NCBI GenBank assembly: GCA_011364905.1
Contig: RDNZ01000004.1
Location: 1 to 64,000 of the forward strand
Reading direction: 5' to 3'
From: Candidatus Thorarchaeota archaeon
GTDB taxonomy: Archaea > Asgardarchaeota > Thorarchaeia > Thorarchaeales > Thorarchaeaceae
Length of the DNA: 64,000 nucleotides
Part shown: piece by piece, positions 1 through 8,948 of the stretch
Layout: each line of letters starts with the position of its first letter
Position numbering within the stretch: the first letter of the stretch is position 1
Program-made: the position numbers and the translations under genes
The notes under the pieces: model-generated
Told to the model about the DNA's origin: nothing
Seen by the model: the letters and a program-made list of their open reading frames with translations, nothing else
The model's database searches: none

Positions 1-1252
1 GGGCTCTATCCATTATTTCCCACAGCCCAAATTCTACAAGGTATCGATACAGTGAACCTACAAACACAAGTATGAGTAGAGTCAGCAGTAGCAGTATGAG
101 TTCGCGATAGACACTTGCGGTCTTTAGTCTTGAGAGTATGCTCTTATTCTCGGCTGCCAAGAACTGCGTGACGAACATAAAACCATAATAGATAGAGAAT
201 AGTCCGACAAACAACCTGAGGTAGTTGGGAATTCCTGGGAACCCATATACAATGAACGCGTCACTCTCGGGATCGATTAAGATGATGGCTGTTGACGGCG
301 AATCACCCACGAGGATCCAGTCCTTTCCATCAATGTTGACATAATCTGCCTCATATGGCTGGGCTAGGTACCAGCCACCGAACTCCTTTGTTATCGTTTT
401 ACTATCCCGATCAAGAAAGAACACTCGACCGTTATTGGAATCCGTGATCATGTAGGTGCCATTGCCAATATCATCGCAGTCTCGTGCCCATCGAAGCTCG
501 CCATGGGGGAAACTAAGATGGAACTCCCAGACGACCTCTCTTGTGGTATAGTTTACCTCTATGATGCGTCGATTCTCGCTATCGCAGATGATTATGTTAC
601 CATTATCTCTTATGTCTGGATTGTGCTGGTGGTTCAGCGTACGGAAATCCTCAGGCTCTCCGTATAGCCAAATGACCTCTTTGGTGGATGAATAATTAAC
701 CTCAAGAATCAGATTGAAGTTCCTTATTGAAATCAGAATCGAATCGTAACTACGGCCACGTTTTGTTCCATTGACCCATCCGGCATAGTTGGTATGAGTC
801 CAATCACCTGTTGGATTCTGAACATACTCCAAAGCCTTCTGACTCCAACCCGCACTAATGGCTAATTCCGTCCAATCTATGTCCGTCTGGTTTGTTGGGT
901 CCCACTCCCATACAATTTTGTTGGGGTCATTGATATCAATCTCGATAGCACGACCTGAACCGGTATCTGCCACCATGATATTTCCGTCAGGAAGCATCTC
1001 GGCCTCATGCACAAACCTCTCTGGTAAGTCACTCTCCCATAGCACATTGAGGTCTCTATCAACAATCAATACCTTACCAATATTATCACATACCAAGAAA
1101 TTTCCCGCGTACGGGCCCTCGGTGAGATAGTCCACATCCAGTGGCATACCTACCGATTGATGTGATGGTATGACAACCAGAAAAACAGGTAAGGCAACTA
1201 CTCCTATAATGGCCAATACTATGATTAGTTGAGTCTGATGTTTCACGTTCAT
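1..1252 (-). CDS. Arylsulfotransferase (ASST)-like beta-propeller membrane protein, runs off the window start
   Basis: Not in the ORF track. Translated by hand from ATG 1252, which overlaps the upstream stop as ATGA: MNVKHQTQLIIVLAIIG... It has an N-terminal TM, the motifs HEAEMLPDGN, DWTHTN, HQHNPD and RWARDCD, and C-terminal TM helices. Confidence 0.7.
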   Translation of the reverse strand, partial: MNVKHQTQLIIVLAIIGVVALPVFLVVIPSHQSVGMPLDVDYLTEGPYAGNFLVCDNIGKVLIVDRDLNVLWESDLPERFVHEAEMLPDGNIMVADTGSGRAIEIDINDPNKIVWEWDPTNQTDIDWTELAISAGWSQKALEYVQNPTGDWTHTNYAGWVNGTKRGRSYDSILISIRNFNLILEVNYSSTKEVIWLYGEPEDFRTLNHQHNPDIRDNGNIIICDSENRRIIEVNYTTREVVWEFHLSFPHGELRWARDCDDIGNGTYMITDSNNGRVFFLDRDSKTITKEFGGWYLAQPYEADYVNIDGKDWILVGDSPSTAIILIDPESDAFIVYGFPGIPNYLRLFVGLFSIYYGFMFVTQFLAAENKSILSRLKTASVYRELILLLLTLLILVFVGSLYRYLVEFGLWEIMDRA

Positions 1253-1575
1253 GCCCCCCAGTAAAAAGATAAAGTTGCCAACGCAATGAACGCGATGAAG
1301 TATGTTCCTGTATACATTATGGATCTTTTGAAAATCCTCTTCCTCGGAAGTTGAGTATCATGCCTTCTATCATATACTACTACTATGATCACTGAGATGA
1401 GAAGCGCAACGATAAGGAGCAGCGGCACAACAAAGAAGAATGTCAGATCGCTCAATCTCATAATCATGTAACTTAGAAATCCGAAAAGCATTCCCATAGA
1501 CAACTTAGACCAGTAGACAATATTTGTCAAATCCTGAAGAGAATCGGGATGTGTTGTCTGTGGACCATCCTGCAT
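1249..1575 (-). CDS. Small 3-TM membrane protein, EMC6/Rab5ip-like
   Basis: Pattern IVYWSKLSMGMLFG ... basic loop RKRIFKR ... GTYFIAFIALATLSFY resembles the EMC6 layout. Confidence 0.5.
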   Translation of the reverse strand: MQDGPQTTHPDSLQDLTNIVYWSKLSMGMLFGFLSYMIMRLSDLTFFFVVPLLLIVALLISVIIVVVYDRRHDTQLPRKRIFKRSIMYTGTYFIAFIALATLSFYWGA

Positions 1576-1724
1576 TTTCCAGTTTGCCTCTCAACACTCG
1601 CTGTCCATAGGCCAATAGAAGTCCTTTATCACTCTTGCCATTGTTTAAAGACTGTGATGAACATAAACTCTTTTTCAGTTCACTGACCCTGATGCGAATC
1701 CTTTAGTAGTACGAAACCACATGA

Positions 1725-1815
1725 AAAAGAGGTGGGCGTCCGTGAGAAGCCATGGTAAACTATCTTCCATTAGTTTGCCACACCCAATGACTTCTAACTC
1801 TCGCCCACCCCTTTT
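1725..1815. ncRNA. Long intergenic rod-like hairpin, candidate structured RNA
   Basis: Nested complementary arms: aaaagaggtgggcg/cgcccacccctttt, agaagccat/atgacttct and tggtaaacta/tagtttgcca. Confidence 0.45.
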
Positions 1816-1872
1816 GAAGTCGTATATTACTTCTGGACTTTATCAGGCATTTAAGCAGATGGAGGTGGCAAA

Positions 1873-2433
1873 TTGACAAACTCGCTCTATTTTCTAAGGC
1901 ATGCAGAGTCAAAGGTGGACCTTGCGGTTCCAGCTCGTGATTGGTCCATAACTCCGAATGGGGCAAAGTTGACAAAGGACTTGGCTAACTCTCAGAAACT
2001 CAGTGTGATTGATGGAATAATACACTCGAGTGAAACCAAAGCCAAGCAAACGGCTGAAATCTTTGCTGAGGGTCTTGAAGTTCAGATGTACCAGCTCTCA
2101 GGACTGGACGAGCTAGCTCGTGAGCATGGTGGCAAATTGACTGACGAGGAGTATAGAAGTAGGGTACGTCAGACCTTGACAGATTGGAATGACAATAGTC
2201 CAGGGTGGGAGTCTGGAGCCTCAGCACTTGAAAGATTTGAAGATGCAGTCCAGAAGATAGACATCATGTTCCATCGCAAGAACGTCTTGATTGTATCTCA
2301 CGGCATAGTTCTCACAATCTACTTCTGCAAACTCAAGGGATTTGAGTCGATAGCGTTTGAACGTTGGAGTCAGCTTGAGTTCCTATCTTGGGGATTGGTC
2401 AGGGATGGTCGTGTTCTTGTGGATCTAATCTAA
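1873..2433 (+). CDS. Histidine phosphatase (phosphoglycerate mutase-like) family protein
   Basis: Motifs LRHAES, SSETKAKQTA, GWESG and IVSHG. Confidence 0.88.
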   Translation: MTNSLYFLRHAESKVDLAVPARDWSITPNGAKLTKDLANSQKLSVIDGIIHSSETKAKQTAEIFAEGLEVQMYQLSGLDELAREHGGKLTDEEYRSRVRQTLTDWNDNSPGWESGASALERFEDAVQKIDIMFHRKNVLIVSHGIVLTIYFCKLKGFESIAFERWSQLEFLSWGLVRDGRVLVDLI

Positions 2434-2482
2434 CCACCTAATCTTTTTAGCGCAACTTCTCAAGATGCTGAAATGATGTAGC

Positions 2483-2995
2483 ATGACAAAGGTCACAAAG
2501 AAGATGATTACATCATTTGCTAGGTTCAAATCCGAATGGGAAAAAGAGGCTGGAACACCAGAGAACTCTATCATGTATTATCTCATCGCTGCACTCAATA
2601 TAGAGAAGGACCCAGAGCTCGCAGAAACAATGATGACTGTCGTTGTGTCTAAGAAGGACTGTTATGAGGATGCGAAATCTCCTTCAGGCCTAAAGCTTGG
2701 TCGTAATGCGAAATACTTTGTAGGTCAGTTCAAGCAGAACAAGAACATCGCACGCTCATACGTTGGCGGTACTCCTCAGAATGGTTACAAGTATTCTAAC
2801 GACAATCTCGTAATGACCGTTACAAAGTCGCAGGAACACGGTAAGGGATTGAAGATCTTTATCGATAGTGGGGGAAAAGATATGGACACGCCAGTGCAGC
2901 TCCAAAAGAACAATAATGGACAGTGGAAATTGACCGAGTATTCGTCCATATGCACTGGTGTCCGAAAGACAGTCGAGGAAGAGGGTGACTTCTAA
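2483..2995 (+). CDS. Conserved hypothetical protein (DUF6935-like)
   Basis: Motifs ARSYVGG.P.NGY and IDSGGKDMDTPVQL...GQWKLTEYSS. Family recalled from memory. Confidence 0.55.
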   Translation: MTKVTKKMITSFARFKSEWEKEAGTPENSIMYYLIAALNIEKDPELAETMMTVVVSKKDCYEDAKSPSGLKLGRNAKYFVGQFKQNKNIARSYVGGTPQNGYKYSNDNLVMTVTKSQEHGKGLKIFIDSGGKDMDTPVQLQKNNNGQWKLTEYSSICTGVRKTVEEEGDF

Positions 2996-3037
2996 AGCCA
3001 AATGGGTCAAATGACCCGTGGCTCATTATTTCACTGC

Positions 3038-3526
3038 TCATTCTTTTTGAATTGTGTTTAGGATTACAGTCATGTCCGGACATGTTCCGACTTTGTCCGA
3101 CAAGACCTCAATATACCGAATGATACCCTTCTTGTCAATGACGAAGAGCCCTCGTTTGCCATATCCCTCATCGGGCACCATACAGTCATACTTGAGAGTT
3201 ACATCTCCAAGTGGGTCCCGGTCAGATAGTATTGGGAAGCCAAGACCATGCATGCTTTGGGACCAAGACTTGTTCTTGATGGTTGAATCCATATTGATGC
3301 CTATGACTTGAGTATCCAGTTCCTTGTACTTCTTAAGATTCTCTTTGTACAATATGAGATAGTTCTTGCATGAATCGTTGAGGTCGCCCGGATTGAGGGC
3401 CAATAGCACATTGGACTTCCCTCTGAAGTCCGAGAGACGTACCATATTCCCATCCTGATCGGGAAGCTCGAACTCGGGTGCTTCAGCTCCAACATTGAGA
3501 CACACATTATTCTGACGAAGAATCAT
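3038..3526 (-). CDS. Peroxiredoxin-like redoxin (AhpC/TSA, AhpE/BCP-like)
   Basis: Motifs VGAEAPEFELPDQDG, LSDFRGK, FPILSD and KRGLFVIDKKGIIRY. Active-site region is PGDLNDSC. Confidence 0.85.
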   Translation of the reverse strand: MILRQNNVCLNVGAEAPEFELPDQDGNMVRLSDFRGKSNVLLALNPGDLNDSCKNYLILYKENLKKYKELDTQVIGINMDSTIKNKSWSQSMHGLGFPILSDRDPLGDVTLKYDCMVPDEGYGKRGLFVIDKKGIIRYIEVLSDKVGTCPDMTVILNTIQKE

Positions 3527-3610
3527 AGTTTTTCACAATATAGTAGTATTAACTATAGCAAATATGCCTTTTGTAAGATACAAAACCATTTGAAATAAGT
3601 AACCATAATA

Positions 3611-3635
3611 CTTAAATAATGTAATACTATTACAT
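3611..3635 (+). promoter_or_regulatory. TATA box with adjacent inverted repeat (putative operator)
   Basis: cttaaata (3611-3618) is immediately followed by the palindrome ATGTAAT-act-ATTACAT (3619-3635). Confidence 0.5.
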
Positions 3636-3687
3636 ATTACTTGCCAACCGTAAGAGTTCGCGACGGTTGGAGGAGATGCAAGGAAAA

Positions 3688-3795
3688 ATGGCTGATGAGA
3701 ATTCGAGCAACGAGCCCTTCATCATGAGAAGGAATCGGAATCCGAGACTCAGATCGCTTGAGTCCCTGTACTACGACTATGCTCGCATCAAGTGA
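3688..3795 (+). CDS. Micro-peptide A, 35 aa (39 aa from ATG 3676): MADENSSNEPFIMRRNRNPRLRSLESLYYDYARIK
   Basis: Hand translation. Lies downstream of a TATA box, an 8-bp hairpin (3644-3670) and GGAGGAG. Confidence 0.5.
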   Translation: MADENSSNEPFIMRRNRNPRLRSLESLYYDYARIK

Positions 3796-3815
3796 GCAAG
3801 TGGAGGTGAAGTGTA

Positions 3816-3908
3816 ATGGCACTAGCAAAGAATGAAAAGAAATTGAACAAAGCCAAAAAGGCTTGGACAACTGAAGCACTGGCTTATGCTTGGCTCTACA
3901 ACAAGTAG
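3816..3908 (+). CDS. Micro-peptide B, 30 aa: MALAKNEKKLNKAKKAWTTEALAYAWLYNK
   Basis: Hand translation. Full archaeal SD GGAGGTGA (3802-3809) ends 6 nt before the ATG. Two hairpins follow. Confidence 0.6.
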   Translation: MALAKNEKKLNKAKKAWTTEALAYAWLYNK

Positions 3909-3945
3909 GTTGGAGTCGTAGCATCAGCCATGTGGATCAACCTAC

Positions 3946-3993
3946 AATGAGTCTGTGCCCGTGTCTGGTGCGGGCACACTCATTCTCATTTTG
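3946..3993 (+). terminator. Stem-loop followed by a pyrimidine-rich tract after the micro-peptide pair
   Basis: aatgag-tc-tgtgcccg / cgggcaca-ctcatt, then ctcattttg. Confidence 0.5.
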
Positions 3994-4047
3994 TTGCCTG
4001 CTGATTTTGTGGGGGGATTTTATACCCCGAGTGATGCACTGAAGACT

Positions 4048-4389
4048 ATGGGCGTGCAAGTCAAGACTCATGCTCCGTCGTACATGGTCTATGATATACG
4101 AGGAATCTCTGAACCTGATGAGGTCTACGAGGCTGCAACGAAAATAGCAGATGAAGTCATGGGAGGGATTGAGCGACTATCATTTTCGAACACGATTGAA
4201 ACAGCCACTCTTTTCATAACGAATACTGGCGCGCAACTCATTCTCCTTGCTCATTCATTCGATGAATCTCTGATTGCTTCTGCATTTCGAAGCACACTGA
4301 AGGGTGTTTCATACGACCCTGAAACTGGATATATCCAGCGATACGTGATTCCGATTCTTGATGTTGATCTTCCAGCAGGACCTACCTAA
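4048..4389 (+). CDS. Hypothetical protein
   Basis: The ORF track starts at 3955, inside a hairpin. ATG 4048, about 25 nt after TTTATA, is the more plausible start. Confidence 0.6.
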   Translation: MGVQVKTHAPSYMVYDIRGISEPDEVYEAATKIADEVMGGIERLSFSNTIETATLFITNTGAQLILLAHSFDESLIASAFRSTLKGVSYDPETGYIQRYVIPILDVDLPAGPT

Positions 4390-4448
4390 ATCGATAGGCT
4401 TAACCGAATATTCATTGAAATCAATACATTCGCGAGGTGCTCGTTGAA

Positions 4449-5498
4449 ATGGAGTTTGAGTTAAAGCCATTTGATTTCGCAAAGGCAACTGGGAAAGAGT
4501 GGAGAATGTACCATGATTACAGGTACAAGCGCTATCCTGAAGCACTTCCAGGCGATCCCATTCTAGCTGATAATGTTGTTGAAGAAAACCTTAGAAATAT
4601 GCTCGACGAGTTCGACTTGAAAACCCAGTTTGTGTATTTGAAGGACCAGATTGTAGAACCCGTTGGTATGGTCCGAGTAGCTGCACTCAAGGAGTCATCC
4701 GCTTCTTACGAAGAGAATAAACATCTTTGTCAAGTGATCAATCTGGAACTACTAACGCCATATCGCGGAAAAGGGATTGGGCGGCGACTGCTTGAGGTTG
4801 TACTTAACTTTGCCAAAGAGCATGAAAAGTCCATCATTGTTGCTCAAGTGACGGAGGATGATGGAAAACGGTTCATTAGAAAACTTAAGGCCAAAGAAGC
4901 TCTCTCAGCAGTTGAGAACCGTTTAGACTTAACCAAGCTGGACTGGAACATGGTCAATGAATGGGCTGAGGAAGGACCTGTCCGATCCCCTGCTTCTAAG
5001 ATTGAGTTCTTCCAAGACGTGCCTGAGGAAATCATCGAGGAATACTGCAGAGTGTATTCTGAAGTGGGAAATCAAGCACCCCGCGAGGACCTTGAGGTTG
5101 GAGACTTCATTTTGACTCCGGAAAGGCGACGCCAACACGAACAATCTCGGAAAGCCGGTGGTGGTGTCTGGATCACTGCAATCACACGAGAACCCAATGG
5201 AGACGTTTCAGGTCTCACAGAGGTCATATACATGCCATCCAAAGACCCGCTTATCTCTCAGGATCTGACTGGTGTTCCAGAGAAGTATCGAGGCTCTGGT
5301 AAAGGAAAGTGGTTGAAAGCCATCATGCTCCAAGAGATACGGAAACGCTTTCCGACCGTCACTTCCGTGGTCACTGGAAATGCAACATCAAATGCGCCAA
5401 TGTTATCCATCAACAACCGGCTTGGGTTCAAGCCCCATAAAGAGGTCATCTTAGCTCAGATGACAACTGAAGACCTAGAGAGTTATCTCGAAAAGTAA
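4449..5498 (+). CDS. Tandem-domain GNAT acetyltransferase
   Basis: Two acetyl-CoA motifs (YRGKGIGRRLL and YRGSGKGKWLK) and C-terminal TGNATSNAPMLSINNRLGF. Confidence 0.88.
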   Translation: MEFELKPFDFAKATGKEWRMYHDYRYKRYPEALPGDPILADNVVEENLRNMLDEFDLKTQFVYLKDQIVEPVGMVRVAALKESSASYEENKHLCQVINLELLTPYRGKGIGRRLLEVVLNFAKEHEKSIIVAQVTEDDGKRFIRKLKAKEALSAVENRLDLTKLDWNMVNEWAEEGPVRSPASKIEFFQDVPEEIIEEYCRVYSEVGNQAPREDLEVGDFILTPERRRQHEQSRKAGGGVWITAITREPNGDVSGLTEVIYMPSKDPLISQDLTGVPEKYRGSGKGKWLKAIMLQEIRKRFPTVTSVVTGNATSNAPMLSINNRLGFKPHKEVILAQMTTEDLESYLEK

Positions 5499-5749
5499 TT
5501 CGCTGCAGTGGTTATGAGCTGTGTAGGTGCTTTCAACTAGTGTACTCTCAGACAAACGGAACGACCATTCATTTGATGAAGATGATTACCCTGGCGTTCT
5601 GAAATGATTTCTCGAGCGTGACATATGATTCTGAAACGGGGACATCAAGGGACTTGTGATTCCTATACTTGATTCTTCACTTCTGAAGTGATTGCCAATC
5701 TTTAAACAGGTTCAAATAAGAAGTCAGACAGCGAAAATTCTGTCTAGGA

Positions 5750-7429
5750 TTGTTGGTGGGTTCATTGAGGCGAAAGACAGTCATAATATTCTTACTAATG
5801 ATATGGAGCGTCCTATGTACTCAAACACTAGCACCTGCAGATATTCACGTAGTTGATTCATCAGCATCCGGAGCAATTCCAGCTGGTTCACCCACGTTTT
5901 CTACATATATTGGTGGAAGCGATGATGACACCGTAACCTGTATCGTTGCCGATAGTCAAGGAAATATCTACGTCGCTGGTACTACCAAGTCCAACGACCT
6001 TCCTTCCTCCGGTGGGCCAAAGAGGACTTTTGCGGGTCTATCTGATTATTATGTAATGAAGTTCACAAATACGAGTGAACTGGTTTACACGACCTATATT
6101 GGCGGATCATCCTATGAAGGGTCCACTAATATCCATCCAGATGGAGGCTGCTGGATTGATGTCGACTCTTTGGGCTGTGTCTATATGACGGGTTATACCT
6201 ACAGCCCAGATTTTCCGTGTGTAAATGCTTGGGACGATTCATACAATGGCTATGCTGACTGTTTTGCCCTGAAACTCAGTTCCTCTGGTGCATCTATAGA
6301 ATACGCGACCTACCTCGGGGGCTCTCAAAATGACTTGGGGACAACAATTGCTGTAGATGACTTGGGCAATGCATACATTACGGGTTGGACCGCCTCACCA
6401 AACTTTCCCACTCAGGCATCTTTTGATGATACGCTTGGTGGGAGTCATGATTGTTTTCTTTTGAAGCTGGATTCTTCTGGTCAATTGAACTATTCTACAT
6501 ATGTAGGCGGCGCGCTCACTGAACATTCACATCCTGGCGGATTAGTTGTTGATACAAATGGAACCGCGTACATCATAGGTGGTACTGCATCATCAGATTT
6601 TCCCACATTGAATGCGTATGATGACTCTTTGAATGGGATAGTTAGTGATGTCTTCTTTTCCAAGGTAGATTCCACAGGTCATCTTCTCGCCAGTTCTTTT
6701 TTCGGTGGTTCTTCTTCTGATGAAAATGGAGCAATTGCCATAGACCGAGCTGGTAATATCTATATCAGTGGCCACGGGAGTGGAGATTTTCCAAAGACTG
6801 AGATTCTATCAAGTAGTCCTGAGGTATTTATCGCAAAATTCGACAATTCGGGTCAAAATCTGATTTACTCGGCTGCTTTTGGCGGAGTGAGCGCTGACAA
6901 TCCATATGGTCTAATGGTCGATGAAGATGGGTGCGCTTTTATCACGGGTTTCACATTCTCTGCAGACTTTCCCATGGCAAATGCCTATGATGATACTCAC
7001 GGTGGATTCCGAGACAGCTTTCTGGTCAAGTTATCAAGTGGCGGCAATCACCTACTCTTCTCCTCATATGTTGGAGGAAGCTCAGAAGAGATGGGATTAT
7101 CCCTCGCTAAGACCTCCAAAGGGAGTGTCTATCTAGCTGGGATGACCAACTCCACAGATTTTCCAACCGTGTTACCACTTGTTTCCACCCATCAGAATCT
7201 TGATGGTTTTCTGTTTAGAATTGAGGACGTGTGGCCAGACGTTCCTCAGGCGTCAACTTCAACTACTTCACCAATCCCTTCCACATCTTCTAATCCAGTG
7301 ACCACTTCAAATCCTCGGGGTGGGTTTTCCGACAACCTGACTTTCCTACTGAGTTTTGGAGTCGGATTTGAAATTGTTGTCGTACTCGCACTTATTGTAA
7401 GACGCATCAAACAAAATACTAGTGATTAG
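5750..7429 (+). CDS. Surface SBBP-repeat beta-propeller protein with C-terminal membrane anchor
   Basis: Signal peptide, repeated YxTYxGGS..D / IAVD..GNAYITG.T.S.DFPT, S/T-rich linker, TM helix and RRIK tail. Confidence 0.9.
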   Translation: MLVGSLRRKTVIIFLLMIWSVLCTQTLAPADIHVVDSSASGAIPAGSPTFSTYIGGSDDDTVTCIVADSQGNIYVAGTTKSNDLPSSGGPKRTFAGLSDYYVMKFTNTSELVYTTYIGGSSYEGSTNIHPDGGCWIDVDSLGCVYMTGYTYSPDFPCVNAWDDSYNGYADCFALKLSSSGASIEYATYLGGSQNDLGTTIAVDDLGNAYITGWTASPNFPTQASFDDTLGGSHDCFLLKLDSSGQLNYSTYVGGALTEHSHPGGLVVDTNGTAYIIGGTASSDFPTLNAYDDSLNGIVSDVFFSKVDSTGHLLASSFFGGSSSDENGAIAIDRAGNIYISGHGSGDFPKTEILSSSPEVFIAKFDNSGQNLIYSAAFGGVSADNPYGLMVDEDGCAFITGFTFSADFPMANAYDDTHGGFRDSFLVKLSSGGNHLLFSSYVGGSSEEMGLSLAKTSKGSVYLAGMTNSTDFPTVLPLVSTHQNLDGFLFRIEDVWPDVPQASTSTTSPIPSTSSNPVTTSNPRGGFSDNLTFLLSFGVGFEIVVVLALIVRRIKQNTSD

Positions 7430-7572
7430 TAGTCTGGCGTCCCAATTCAAGCATAGTGTCCACAGATGAAAAACAAAAATTCCTGAGAAACATCACACAA
7501 CTTACTTTCATCTGCGGGTTCAAGTAGAATTCTTATGGTACGAATGTTTCTCTCGCATTTGGTGCCTGATTT

Positions 7573-8703
7573 ATGATACTTGATCGCTTCGAGCTTGAAC
7601 GAATGCAGTCTGAGTGGGAACATCGTGTGGAGTACAATCTCAGCGAGAGTGGAGTAAAACCAATGCATATCCGTGACTTTGTTGACACAGAGAAGCTTCA
7701 GAACCAACTCCTTGACATCGAACTTGGTTACTCTCAAACAAACGGTACATTGGATCTCCGCGAAGCTATCTCCTATCATTACCCCGGGACCACAGCTGAG
7801 CACATCATCGCAACAAATGGAGGTGCTGAGGCCAACTTCCTCACAACGTGGTGGTTGCGAAAAGAGAATCCCGATAGAGATGAACTTGTGTTCATGATAC
7901 CTAATTACATGCAGATTGGCGGCATCTGGAAGAATCTAGGTGGAAAGGTCATTCCCTTCAAGCTTGAATTGAAAAACGACGTTTGGAACCCCGACATTGA
8001 TGGTCTCAAGGCCTCTGTCACTTCAAAGACTGCAGCAATAGCTATCTGCACCCCTAGCAATCCAACTGGAAAAATCCTGTCTGAGAGTGATCTGAGGACC
8101 ATCGTTGCTATAGCCAAGAAGAACGGGGCGTATGTTGTTTCAGATGAGATATACCGTGGTGCTGAACTTCAAGAAGGCAAAGCGCCTTCGGTAAATGGTT
8201 TAGCTGATAATGTCCTGATTACCTCAAGTCTGTCAAAGGCGTACGGTCTTCCTGGTCTACGATTGGGATGGGTTGTCTGCCCGACACTTCAGGCTGCAAC
8301 TGAACTCTGGACCTATTCTGATTATACAACAATATGCCCAACTAAAGCGAGTGACTGGCTTGCGACCCTCGCACTATCCCAGGAGGTTCAAGCGAAGATT
8401 GAGAAGCGTACCCGAAAGGTTGTCCGTGAAAACTGGGCAATCATGGAGCAGTGGATCGACTCTCATTCTAGCTTACTATCAGGCGTTGCTCCCGAGGCGG
8501 CAGCAATATGCTTCATCAAACTCAGGGATGACATTGACTCACTTGACTTCACAATGCGGCTGTTGAAGGAAAAGAGTGTCCTAGTCTCACCAGGTGAGCA
8601 CTTTGATATGCCTGGTTTCCTCCGCATCGGATTTGGAAGTGAGAAGGAATATCTCATGCCTGCCTTGGAGCGAATTAGTGAACTTCTGAAAGACTATCAG
8701 TAG
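7573..8703 (+). CDS. PLP-dependent aminotransferase class I/II
   Basis: Motifs PSNPTG, SDEIY and SSLSKAYGLPGLRLGW (PLP lysine). Confidence 0.92.
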   Translation: MILDRFELERMQSEWEHRVEYNLSESGVKPMHIRDFVDTEKLQNQLLDIELGYSQTNGTLDLREAISYHYPGTTAEHIIATNGGAEANFLTTWWLRKENPDRDELVFMIPNYMQIGGIWKNLGGKVIPFKLELKNDVWNPDIDGLKASVTSKTAAIAICTPSNPTGKILSESDLRTIVAIAKKNGAYVVSDEIYRGAELQEGKAPSVNGLADNVLITSSLSKAYGLPGLRLGWVVCPTLQAATELWTYSDYTTICPTKASDWLATLALSQEVQAKIEKRTRKVVRENWAIMEQWIDSHSSLLSGVAPEAAAICFIKLRDDIDSLDFTMRLLKEKSVLVSPGEHFDMPGFLRIGFGSEKEYLMPALERISELLKDYQ

Positions 8704-8948
8704 AATTAGCGCAAAGACACAAATTCCAATGCACTTTTGAGCCTTTTCAATGTGTAAAAACTATTCTAAATGCTTCTAGTTAAATAATAAGCAATATTAT
8801 CTCTTGAAATGGCACCGTAAGAGCTTTTATTCCTTTATTATTCTGATAAATGATTTTGGTTACTTGGGTTGTTTGAACGAATATTTTGAATGTATTTGAT
8901 TCCCAACTAATATTGCAGTCTAGGCAAGATTGCAGGATGCAAGAACGA

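Noticed and set aside
858-1286. Short ORFs 858-1130, 877-1065 and 1086-1286
   Set aside because: They are shadows of the ASST-like gene that runs off the window start. The other short ORFs nested in long genes were dismissed for the same reason.
1742-1800. SECIS-like reading of the hairpin (GTGA, 11 nt, AAA)
   Set aside because: The 3' arm has TAA rather than the required GA quartet partner, and no adjacent gene shows an in-frame UGA.
3637-3924. 95-aa minus-strand ORF from the ORF track
   Set aside because: It is antisense to the micro-peptide unit, which has the promoter, SD and terminator signals on the plus strand.
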